Below are positions 55,764-64,000 of a DNA stretch of 64,000 nt, piece by piece. Source of the DNA: Candidatus Latescibacterota bacterium (lineage in GTDB: Bacteria > Latescibacterota > UBA2968 > UBA8231); assembly GCA_965261395.1 (NCBI GenBank), contig OZ253462.1, forward strand, positions 1,408,001-1,472,000. The letters are read 5' to 3'. The notes below the pieces were generated by a model that saw only the letters and a program-made list of their open reading frames with translations, was not told where the DNA came from and did not search any database. The stretch's first letter is position 1. Every line of letters begins with the position of its first letter. Both the position numbers and the translations under genes were made by a program.

Positions 55764-56960
55764 GTGATTAAGCCCCACGGCGCAGAAGAACTCAAACCGC
55801 TCTACGTCGAAGACGATGCAGTGCGCACCCAGCTTTTAGCAGAAGCCGCTGGCCTACCCTCTGTAGTCGTCTCTTCCGCTGCCGCATCTTCAGCCGTCAT
55901 GCTCGGCTCAGGTTACTTTACCCCGCTTACAGGCTTTATGGACGCAGCCGACGCCAAGAGCGTGGCGGCCAACATGCACACGGCCGACGGCCTGCTGTGG
56001 CCCACCCCGGTCGTCAACATGGTCCCCGGCGATCAGGTTCCGGCGGGCGTGGCCCCCGGCAGCCGCATCGCCCTGTTGGATCCCAATGTGGACGGCAATC
56101 CCGTCATCGCCGTACAGGAAGTGACCGCGATCGAATCGCTCTCGGATGCAGAGCGCGCCGCCATCATTGCCCAAATTTTTGGCACGGACGACGGCGCCCA
56201 TCCCGGAGTCGCCGCTTTCATGGCTGCGGGCGAGACCCTCATCGCCGGGCCAATCGAAGTGCTCAACTTCTCGTACTTCCCCGGCGACTTTCCCCAGACC
56301 TTCCGCACCGCTGTTGAGCTGCGCGCCGAGATCGCCGAGCGCGGTTGGGATCGGGTCGTGGCCTTCCAGACCCGCAACCCCATGCACCGCGCCCACGAAG
56401 AGCTGTGCCGCATGGCGCAGCAAGCCGTCGAGGCCGATGGCATCCTCATCCACATGCTGCTGGGCAAGCTCAAGGCCGGCGACATCCCAGCCGACGTGCG
56501 CGACGCCTCCATCCGCAAGATGGTCGAGCTCTACTTCCCGGAAAATACCGTGATGATCGCCGGCTATGGCTTTGACATGCTCTACGCCGGCCCGCGCGAA
56601 GCCGTGCTCCACGCCATCTTCCGCCAGAACAGCGGCTGCACGCATCTGATCGTCGGCCGCGACCACGCGGGCGTGGGCGATTACTACGGAGCGTTTGACG
56701 CGCAGACCATCTTCGACGGTATCGACGACGCTCTCGAAATCGAAATTTTCCGTGGCGATCACACCGTCTGGTGCAAGGAGTGCAGCGAGGTGGTGATGAT
56801 GCGCGACTGCCCGCACGACGGCGACGCGTACCTGTTCTTGTCGGGAACCCAAGTCCGCGAGAAGCTGGCCGGCGGCGAGCCGCTGCCGCCGGAGTTTGCG
56901 CGGCCAGAAGTGGCCGAGATCCTCGCGGAGTACTATCAGCAAGAAGCAGTGGGAGCTTAG
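55764..56960 (+). CDS. sat: Sulfate adenylyltransferase (homo-oligomeric ATP sulfurylase)
   Basis: IKPHG, PLTGFM, AFQTRNPMHRAHE, YAGPREA, VGRDHAGVGDYY and LSGTQVRE; AAGGAG RBS before the GTG at 55764. Confidence 0.95.
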   Translation: MIKPHGAEELKPLYVEDDAVRTQLLAEAAGLPSVVVSSAAASSAVMLGSGYFTPLTGFMDAADAKSVAANMHTADGLLWPTPVVNMVPGDQVPAGVAPGSRIALLDPNVDGNPVIAVQEVTAIESLSDAERAAIIAQIFGTDDGAHPGVAAFMAAGETLIAGPIEVLNFSYFPGDFPQTFRTAVELRAEIAERGWDRVVAFQTRNPMHRAHEELCRMAQQAVEADGILIHMLLGKLKAGDIPADVRDASIRKMVELYFPENTVMIAGYGFDMLYAGPREAVLHAIFRQNSGCTHLIVGRDHAGVGDYYGAFDAQTIFDGIDDALEIEIFRGDHTVWCKECSEVVMMRDCPHDGDAYLFLSGTQVREKLAGGEPLPPEFARPEVAEILAEYYQQEAVGA

Positions 56961-56971
56961 GAGTTAAAACT

Positions 56972-57988
56972 ATGGAATACCGCAGAATGGGCCGCACTGG
57001 CCTCAAAGTATCGGAAGTTTGCCTTGGCACCATGACCTTTGGCCACAGCACCGACGAGCGGGAGGCCAAGCGGATCGTCGATCTGGCGTTTGACGCGGGC
57101 ATCAATTTCTTCGACACGGCCGATTCGTATGGCGGTGGCGAGTCCGAGGTCATCACTGGCAAGACGCTCAAGGGCCGCCGCCGCGACGCGGTCATCGCCA
57201 CCAAGTTCTTCAACCCCATGGGGCCTGGCCCCAACGACTCGGGGATGTCGCGGGTGCGCATTATGAACGCCGTCGAAGACAGTCTCCAGCGACTGAGTAC
57301 AGACTACATCGACCTCTATTACATTCACCACGTGGATAGCCAGACTCCGTTGGAGGAGATGTTGCGCGCCCTCGACGATTTGGTCCGCCAAGGCAAGGTG
57401 CGCTATATCGCCTGTTCCAACTATCAGGCGTGGCGCTTGATGGAGGCGTTGTGGGTATCGGACGCGAATGGATTGGCTCGCTTTGAATGCTACCAACCGC
57501 AGTACAGCTTGGTCGTGCGCGACATCGAGCAGGAGCTGATTCCCGTCTGTCAGCTCAAGGGGTTGGGCGTGGTGGTGTGGAGTCCGCTCGGCGGCGGCTT
57601 TCTCTCCGGCAAGTACAAGCCCGGCGAACGCACCTTGGCCGGCACGCGTTCCGCCGACGCTTGGGCCTACCCGCAAAGCTATTTTGCCGCCAATGCCGAC
57701 CAGACCTTAGAGACGCTCCTAGCGGTAGCCGACGAGATGGGCCGCTCGCCGGCGCAAGTTGCTCTGCGTTGGGTGTTGGAACAACCGGCCATCACCTCGG
57801 TCATCATCGGCGCACGCACCGTCGAGCAGGCGCGCGACAACATGCTTGCCGGCAGCTTTCGCCTCCCGGACGAGGCCCGCGCCCGGCTCGACGAAGTCTC
57901 CTCTCTGCCGCATCGCTACCCAGAGGCCATGGAAGCGAACATGCACGAGCGCCGCGACGACGCGGTTAATATGCCTGCGCTGGAGTGA
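56972..57988 (+). CDS. Aldo/keto reductase
   Basis: MEYRRMGRTGLKVS..CLGTM, FDTADSY, IDLYYIH and WSPLGGG. Confidence 0.94.
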   Translation: MEYRRMGRTGLKVSEVCLGTMTFGHSTDEREAKRIVDLAFDAGINFFDTADSYGGGESEVITGKTLKGRRRDAVIATKFFNPMGPGPNDSGMSRVRIMNAVEDSLQRLSTDYIDLYYIHHVDSQTPLEEMLRALDDLVRQGKVRYIACSNYQAWRLMEALWVSDANGLARFECYQPQYSLVVRDIEQELIPVCQLKGLGVVVWSPLGGGFLSGKYKPGERTLAGTRSADAWAYPQSYFAANADQTLETLLAVADEMGRSPAQVALRWVLEQPAITSVIIGARTVEQARDNMLAGSFRLPDEARARLDEVSSLPHRYPEAMEANMHERRDDAVNMPALE

Positions 57989-57991
57989 CGG

Positions 57992-59344
57992 GTGACGGAG
58001 CCCCCCCTCCAGGCTGCCAAGACCTGCGAGCTACACGTCCACATCGGCGGCAGCCTCTTTGCCGCCGATCTCCTCGACTTGGCCCGCGACCACTACGAAA
58101 AGATCGACTGGTCGCTGTTTGTCGATAGCTTTGAACGCGCCTATGGTCGCCGGCCCGATCCGGTCGCGCTGTTTGGCGAGGTGCTCCACAGCCAACGCCT
58201 CGACTCGCTCAAGGCGCACTGCGTGTACGGCGTGGAAGACGAGAGCGACTTTGCCCATTTCCAAGCCAAGTTCAATTTGGCCATCTGCATCTATCGCCAT
58301 TGGTGGAACGTCTTGGGCAAGCCAGAAGAAATATTGCACCGCGTGTTCGCCCACCACCGCCGCGAAGGTTTGCGCTACGTCGAGTATCGCACCATGGCCC
58401 CCTATGACCACACCCAGTCCGAAGCCTTCGTGCAGTTCCACGCGCTGACCGCTCGCGCCATCGCTCAAGTCTGCACTGCGGACTTTACCGCCCGCTACCT
58501 CATCAGCCTGCCGCGCTGGGCACCGCTCGAATGCTATCGACTAGTCCAACGCCTGCTCGACGAAAACGAGGATTTGATCCCCACGGTCGTCGGCCTCGAT
58601 TTCTGCCACTTTGAGGAGGGCTACCCGCCCGCGAGCACCCGCGCCTTTTTTCGCCGCCTGCGCCGCGACAACGAGTTGCGTCCGGAGCGCGCCCTCGACG
58701 TAGCCTATCACGTGGGCGAAGTGTACTTCGACAAATCGCTCGAAAGCGCGGTGCGCTGGTGCCACGAAGCCGCAGAGTTGGGTGCGCGCCGCTTGGGGCA
58801 TTGCACCGCGCTTGGGCTCGACCCGGAGATTGCCGTGGTCCGCCGGTCCCAAGCCCACGAGCAAGAGCGGGTTAGCGAACGCTTGGCCCAGATCGCCTAT
58901 GATTTGCACCACGAGGCCGCATTGGAAAAATTCGGCGTCCCGGTCGATGCCCAAGCTCTGATACAGGAGCGCAGCCGCCTTTCGGCTCGGCCCGGCGATG
59001 CGCTCGTTTGCCGCGCATACGATCCCCCGCGCCTCGAAGCAGTGCGCCGGCGGCAGGACTTCGCGCTTAGCCGCTTGGCCGCGCTCGGCACGGTCGTCGA
59101 GACTTGCCCGACCTCCAACTTGCGCATCGGTGCCGTGCCCGACGCCCAAGATCACCCGGTGCATCGCTTCCTATCCTCGGATGTCCGACTGGCCATTGGT
59201 GCCGATGATCCTGGCCTTTTCGACTGCACACTCGCCGACGAGGTCAACTGGGTCCAGCGCCACACCGGCATGACAGCCAACGCGCTACAAGCCCGCCTCG
59301 GCGACCCGCGCGACTACCGCTTCGGCCCGCGTCGCACCCGCTAG
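57992..59344 (+). CDS. Adenosine/AMP deaminase-like metallohydrolase
   Basis: ELHVHIGGS, YHVGE, RLGHC, ETCPTSN and GADDP. Confidence 0.82.
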   Translation: MTEPPLQAAKTCELHVHIGGSLFAADLLDLARDHYEKIDWSLFVDSFERAYGRRPDPVALFGEVLHSQRLDSLKAHCVYGVEDESDFAHFQAKFNLAICIYRHWWNVLGKPEEILHRVFAHHRREGLRYVEYRTMAPYDHTQSEAFVQFHALTARAIAQVCTADFTARYLISLPRWAPLECYRLVQRLLDENEDLIPTVVGLDFCHFEEGYPPASTRAFFRRLRRDNELRPERALDVAYHVGEVYFDKSLESAVRWCHEAAELGARRLGHCTALGLDPEIAVVRRSQAHEQERVSERLAQIAYDLHHEAALEKFGVPVDAQALIQERSRLSARPGDALVCRAYDPPRLEAVRRRQDFALSRLAALGTVVETCPTSNLRIGAVPDAQDHPVHRFLSSDVRLAIGADDPGLFDCTLADEVNWVQRHTGMTANALQARLGDPRDYRFGPRRTR

Positions 59345-59350
59345 GAGCAC

Positions 59351-60832
59351 ATGGTCACTCCGCAAAAGATGTTCAAGGGGTTTTTCTATACCTTGGGCAC
59401 GGGCTATGTCGTGAGGCTGGGCAGCATGGGGCTGACGATCTTGATCAAAAGGCAGCTCGAACCCAGCGTTTTTGCCGATGTGTTTTTGGGTGTGACGGTC
59501 TTTACCATGCTGTCCAGCCTGCGCGAATTCGGCCTGACACATGCGCTGTTGCACTTCCAGGACCGAGTTGAGGAATTCGTCGGCACGCATTTTACGCTGA
59601 ATGTCTGCATTACCTTGCTGTCGTGTCTGTTCAGCAGCGCGGTCGTCTTGGCCTTGACGTTGCTCTTTCCCGAGGATTTTTCTTGGACCTTTGCCCAAGT
59701 GGCGTGGGTGCTGGCGGCGCTGCACTTTGTGCGCCAACTGGCCCTGACTTCAGAGGCTCTGCTGAGGATGGATTTTGAGTTTGGGCGGCTTTCCCTCTTG
59801 CATGGGTTAGGGACGCTGTTGGCCCTGAGCAGCGCGCTGCTGGCGGCCCGTGCCGGGTGGGAAGAGTGGAGCCTGATATTGGGCGGGTGGACTACGTACT
59901 CGGTGCTCAGTGTGGTGTACGTGCTGTTTTTTTCTACGGCCACTTGGTTCAGCCGCCCCCTGCGCCGCGCGTCTCTGCGCTTCGACTGGGTTTGGGCGCG
60001 CCGCTTATTGGGCTATGGCGTGTGGATCTGGGTTGGTTGGGTATTGCAGATTTTTATTTGGTGGTACGACAAACTGGTCGTGCGCTTGGTCGTCGGCGAT
60101 ACGGCGCTCGCGCTCTACGAGACGGCGTGGTGGCTGGTGCAGATTCCCACTGCGGTCATCGCGCATATCATCCTCAGTTACAGCAGTACCCTGTACTCGC
60201 GGTATCGGCACGAGCGCGAGCGACTGGGCGAATTGTTCTCCAAGATGATCAGCCTAGTGCTGAGGGTGTCGGCTCCGGTGTCGCTGATTTTGGTCTTCAA
60301 CGCCCGCGAAATAACCGCCCTCTTAGGAGACCAGTGGGCCGCGTCGGCTCACATTGTGGTTTGGCTGGCGGCGTATGCGCTTTTGCGCCCGCTGCTCAGC
60401 GATGGATTTGGCCTGCTGTGGGCCGTAGGGGCGACGCGCCGGTCCGCGTACATAGTGGGGATGCAGGGGGTAGTGGCTCTTTTTGCCGTCCCCGCGCTGG
60501 GCATCTTGTGGGGCACGGAGGGCGTGGCGTACAGCATGGGCGCGGTGGCTGGAACGGGTTTCCTCGGCCTGTGCGTTGGCCTGCGCGCTTATGTGAGCGT
60601 CAATTGGTTCAAGGTATTGGCAGCGCCGGCCGTGGGATTGCTGGTAGCCGCGGTATGCGGATGGTCGTACGACCGTTGGGCCTTGGATTATGCCGTGGGC
60701 GATTTTGCCTTGCGGAGTGGGATTATGGCGTTGGCGTACGGGGCCGTTCTCGGGCTGCTAGAGCGCCGCACCATCGTCGAAGAGCTTGGGCACCTGCGAC
60801 GCATTATGCGCGGGAACGCGGAAGCGGAATAG
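59351..60832 (+). CDS. Oligosaccharide flippase (Wzx/MOP family)
   Basis: About 12-14 TM segments, EFGLTHAL and YDKLVV...G...LALYE.A. Confidence 0.82.
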   Translation: MVTPQKMFKGFFYTLGTGYVVRLGSMGLTILIKRQLEPSVFADVFLGVTVFTMLSSLREFGLTHALLHFQDRVEEFVGTHFTLNVCITLLSCLFSSAVVLALTLLFPEDFSWTFAQVAWVLAALHFVRQLALTSEALLRMDFEFGRLSLLHGLGTLLALSSALLAARAGWEEWSLILGGWTTYSVLSVVYVLFFSTATWFSRPLRRASLRFDWVWARRLLGYGVWIWVGWVLQIFIWWYDKLVVRLVVGDTALALYETAWWLVQIPTAVIAHIILSYSSTLYSRYRHERERLGELFSKMISLVLRVSAPVSLILVFNAREITALLGDQWAASAHIVVWLAAYALLRPLLSDGFGLLWAVGATRRSAYIVGMQGVVALFAVPALGILWGTEGVAYSMGAVAGTGFLGLCVGLRAYVSVNWFKVLAAPAVGLLVAAVCGWSYDRWALDYAVGDFALRSGIMALAYGAVLGLLERRTIVEELGHLRRIMRGNAEAE

Positions 60833-61412
60833 GAATTTCGCCGGCCGCGATCCGCGCGAGCGTCGCCGCGAAGAGCCGGTGTTCCGCCGCTAGCACCCGC
60901 TTCTGCAACGCCTCGGGCGTATCTTCTGCTTTAACCGGAACCTTCTCCTGCGCCAGCACTCGCCCGTGGTCGTATTCTTCATCTACCAAGTGGACCGTCG
61001 CTCCGCTCTCTCGCTCCCCGGCGGCCAACACCGCCTCGTGGACCCGCATCCCGTACATGCCCTGTCCGCCGAACTTGGGCAACAGGGCGGGATGGATGTT
61101 CAAAATCCGCCCCTCGTAGGCCGCCAGTACCTCGGCCCCCAGCTTCTTCATATATCCGGCCAGACAAATCACTTCGACCCCATGCCGCTGCATCGCCGCT
61201 AGAATCGCTCCTCCCAGTGCCTCGCCGTGCGTCCGCTCGCTCAGGTGGTACGCCGCAATGTTCTCCTGCCGCGCCCGTGCCCGCGCACCCGACTGCGAGT
61301 TGTTGCTAATCACCACGCGCGGCTCGGCCGCTAGCGTCCCCGCCTGACAGGCATCGATAATCGCCTGCATATTCGACCCGGTGTGCGAGGTGAGAAACCC
61401 CAGTTTTAGCAT
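60804..61412 (-). CDS. purN: Phosphoribosylglycinamide formyltransferase
   Basis: GSNMQAII, LAGYM, LNIHPALLPKFGG and SGATVHLVDEEYDHG. Confidence 0.95.
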   Translation of the reverse strand: MLKLGFLTSHTGSNMQAIIDACQAGTLAAEPRVVISNNSQSGARARARQENIAAYHLSERTHGEALGGAILAAMQRHGVEVICLAGYMKKLGAEVLAAYEGRILNIHPALLPKFGGQGMYGMRVHEAVLAAGERESGATVHLVDEEYDHGRVLAQEKVPVKAEDTPEALQKRVLAAEHRLFAATLARIAAGEIPIPLPRSRA

Positions 61413-61413
61413 C

Positions 61414-61761
61414 TTAGAGAATGTCCAAGACTTGCTCCGGCGGTCGCCCGATGCGCGCTTGGTTTCCTTTGACCACGATCGGCCGCTCGATCAGGATGGG
61501 ATGTTCCACCATCGCCTGAATGAGCTGCGCGCGATCCGTCACCTCGGCTAGCCCCAGTGCCTCGTATTCGTCCTCTTTAGTGCGCATCAGTTCCCGGGGT
61601 TCCAGTCCCAGCTTTTGCAAAAGCTCGTCTAGGGTCTTGGCATCCGGTGGCGTCTTCAAGTACTCGACGACGTTCGCCTTCACGCCTTGCTCGGCCAAGA
61701 GAGCCAACGTCTGCCGACTTTTAGAGCATTGCGGGTTGTGGTACATCGTTACTTCGGTCAT
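61414..61761 (-). CDS. arsC: Arsenate reductase, glutaredoxin-dependent (ArsC family)
   Basis: YHNPQCSKSR, LIERPIV and IGRPPE. Confidence 0.88.
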   Translation of the reverse strand: MTEVTMYHNPQCSKSRQTLALLAEQGVKANVVEYLKTPPDAKTLDELLQKLGLEPRELMRTKEDEYEALGLAEVTDRAQLIQAMVEHPILIERPIVVKGNQARIGRPPEQVLDIL

Positions 61762-61816
61762 TTTCTGCCCCTGTTGAATGTTTGATTGCCACCGCAAAAA
61801 TTAATACCTTGCCCTC

Positions 61817-62629
61817 ATGACTACAATAAACCAATCAATCAGCCCGGCGACGCCAGCCGACGCCGAATTCTTCCAGCAAAACGGCTACATCCGCTACGAG
61901 CAATTCTTCTCGGCCGAGGAGATCGCCTCGCTGCGCCAAGCCATTGACCACGCCATCGACACGCATCGCGCCCGCATCAAAGGGGCCGAGAATGATGGCC
62001 GCACGTCGGAAGAGTACGAGCGCGTCTTCAATCAGATGGTCAACCTCTGGACCGACTATCCGGCTGCCAAGGAAATCGCCTTCCATCCGCGCTTGGCCGA
62101 AACCGCCCGTCGCCTAAGCGGCTGCCGCCACGTGCGCATCTACCACGATCACGCGATGATCAAACCCCCCGGCCAAACGAGCAAGGAAACGAACTGGCAT
62201 CAGGACGCTCCCTATTGGCCGATGAACCCGGTCGGCGCACTGTCGGCGTGGATCGCGGTGGATGACGTGACCGCAGACAATGGCTGCCTCCACTTTGTGC
62301 CCGGCTCACATCAGTACGAGCGGCTCGAACCGATCAAACTCGGCGTTGCTGGCGAGAGTATCGTCAATAAAATGAAGGAACGGGGCTACGACGTGCCCGA
62401 GCCGGTGACCATGGACATGCAAGCCGGCGGCGTTACCTTCCACCACGGCTGCACCTTCCACTACGCCGGTCCCAACCAGACCGCTGCACCGCGCCGCGCC
62501 TTCGCCATTATCTTCATGCCCGACTACACCACCTTTACCGGGACCCATGACGCAGCTGGTGCGGCCGACGAGATGGAGGCCGGCGGCCCCTGGGACCATC
62601 CGCTGCACCCCATTCTGGCGGGCGATTGA
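61817..62629 (+). CDS. Phytanoyl-CoA dioxygenase family (Fe/2OG) protein
   Basis: WHQDAPYW, AWIAVDD.T.DNGCL..VPGSH and H...N.T..PRRA. Confidence 0.92.
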   Translation: MTTINQSISPATPADAEFFQQNGYIRYEQFFSAEEIASLRQAIDHAIDTHRARIKGAENDGRTSEEYERVFNQMVNLWTDYPAAKEIAFHPRLAETARRLSGCRHVRIYHDHAMIKPPGQTSKETNWHQDAPYWPMNPVGALSAWIAVDDVTADNGCLHFVPGSHQYERLEPIKLGVAGESIVNKMKERGYDVPEPVTMDMQAGGVTFHHGCTFHYAGPNQTAAPRRAFAIIFMPDYTTFTGTHDAAGAADEMEAGGPWDHPLHPILAGD

Positions 62630-62714
62630 GGCTGCATCCCCAGACCAATCTCAACTTGGAGACGAGGAGTACTCATAAGCGAGTGACTCCGCGTTCAGCC
62701 AGCAGAGCCATCTA

Positions 62715-63596
62715 ATGGAAAAGCCTCGATTGTTCAACGTCGCTCTCTTGGTGGTCTGCGTTCTGTTCGCGTCGGCCAGCCACGCCGAGGACGGTGAGGA
62801 CGCCCGCGTCGACTCGCTGGTGTCCATCTCCCTCACTGACGGCACCCAACTCGAAGGCACCATCACTCAGGAAACCGAAACCCACATCCTCGTCGAGACG
62901 CTGTCGGGCCTAGAAATAAAGGTGCCGAGAACGTCTATTGTTGCCATAAAAAAGCGCCACGCTGGTGCTTTCTCCCGTCCCGACCCCAACTACACCCGCC
63001 TGATGTTCGCACCTACTGGTAGGCCATTGCGCCGAGGGGATCGCTATTTCTTCAATCACTACGTATTCTTCCCCGGCATGGCCTACGGCTTCACCGACCG
63101 CTTTGGCGTGGCAGGGGGCCTGTCCGTTATTCCGGGGTTGGGATTGGGCGAGCAAATTTTGTCGCTGGCCCCCAAGTTCGGCCTCTACGCTAGCGGCGAT
63201 GTCGCCCTTTCCATGGGCGTGCTCTATATGAAGGTCGCCGACGAAGGGGGAGGTATGGCCTTTGTGGTAGGGACCAAAGGTAGCCCCGACAAGAGCTTCA
63301 CCTGCGGCATCGGCCTAGGCTACATCGCCGAGGAAGGCGAGGATGTGGATTTCGCCGAGCATCCAGTTCTCCTCCTTGGCGGCAATATCCGCCTCTCCGA
63401 GAGCATGGCCTTGGTCTCGGAAAACTGGCTCATTACCGGCGAAGATCTCGGGCTCGACCAACAGCCGTTGGGCCTCGCCCTCCGCTTTTTCGGCCCTAGG
63501 ATAGCTGTTGATGCCGGTGTCATTATCATCGGCGAGGTGATCGAAGAGGGGTTTCCCATCCCCTGGCTCTCCTTCGTCTATAACTTCGACGACTGA
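62715..63596 (+). CDS. Exported hypothetical protein, probable outer-membrane beta-barrel
   Basis: Signal peptide ASHA/E, LTDGT.LEG.I N-domain, NYTRLMFAPTGRPL and terminal PWLSFVYNF. Confidence 0.7.
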   Translation: MEKPRLFNVALLVVCVLFASASHAEDGEDARVDSLVSISLTDGTQLEGTITQETETHILVETLSGLEIKVPRTSIVAIKKRHAGAFSRPDPNYTRLMFAPTGRPLRRGDRYFFNHYVFFPGMAYGFTDRFGVAGGLSVIPGLGLGEQILSLAPKFGLYASGDVALSMGVLYMKVADEGGGMAFVVGTKGSPDKSFTCGIGLGYIAEEGEDVDFAEHPVLLLGGNIRLSESMALVSENWLITGEDLGLDQQPLGLALRFFGPRIAVDAGVIIIGEVIEEGFPIPWLSFVYNFDD

Positions 63597-63741
63597 GCTA
63601 TAGTCCAAAGTCCCGGCGGCTCCTGGATTACAGCCGGTCGAGTTGATCTACCTTCTCTGCCGCCAGCGCCCTTGCGGCAGGCAGTGCCCGATCCTACCAT
63701 ACTCTCTATCTAACTTTAACCGTACTCCCAGATCAGCGACT

Positions 63742-64000
63742 ATGCCCCCAAGCAAAGCCAATTACGACGAAGCCAAAGTCCCTTCGTACGCGTTGCCCGA
63801 CCCGCTGACGCTGGTCAGCGGCGAACCCGTGGCCGACGCGGCTACTTGGACCGAGGTGCGCCGCCCGGAGATTCTCCAGCTTTTCAAAACGCATGTCTTC
63901 GGCGAGATGCCCGGTTCCCTACCCGCCACCCGTTTCGTCACCACCGAAGAGGGCGAGGCTCTTTCCGGCCGGGCCCTGAGACGCCAAGTCCGCGTATGCT
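63742..64000 (+). CDS. CE15/glucuronoyl esterase-like protein, 5' part (runs off the window)
   Basis: NYDEAKVPSYALPDPL...W...RRPEILQLF...VFG N-terminus. Confidence 0.7.
   Translation, partial: MPPSKANYDEAKVPSYALPDPLTLVSGEPVADAATWTEVRRPEILQLFKTHVFGEMPGSLPATRFVTTEEGEALSGRALRRQVRVC

Overview
GC-rich bacterial chromosomal window. The gene content suggests a marine host-associated (sponge-type) member of the FCB group, such as a Latescibacterota/Gemmatimonadota-like organism; this is an inference from ankyrin, LRR, receptor-L and Calx-beta proteins, FlgD-like C-terminal tails, a SWGxLK tail, a PhyH dioxygenase and sulfatase-like genes. Layout: (1) 1-3.8 kb, two IS5/IS903-group elements that truncate a GH4 gene and a DASS transporter; (2) 3.9-14.3 kb, catabolic genes, eukaryote-like repeat proteins, a decayed nucleotidyltransferase toxin-antitoxin (TA)-like pair and IS scars; (3) 14.4-32 kb, a FolC::ATP-grasp fusion, moaA and a form II cox/xanthine-oxidase-family cluster (coxD, coxE, xdhC, mocA, coxG, coxS, coxL, coxM) interrupted by VapBC, a penicillin acylase and AbiE, with two IS4-like MITEs carrying REP-like palindromes; (4) 34.7-49.7 kb, a ~15 kb surface-protein island bounded by direct repeats; (5) 49.8-64 kb, core and metabolic genes (ettA, GMC/Gfo operon, sat, purN, arsC, PhyH, a partial CE15). 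The island is the most interesting part. Two unrelated adhesin-like passengers carry the same 301-bp FlgD-like tail cassette, and one cassette ends directly against a headless autotransporter barrel, which looks like a secretion-signal swap. The island also holds a perfect 302-bp inverted duplication, a guaA 5' fragment fused to an integrase remnant, and a propeller-AAA+ regulator lacking GAFTGA, with a paired ACCATATATGGT operator that recurs in both divergent promoter regions. No rRNA, tRNA or CRISPR array was seen.
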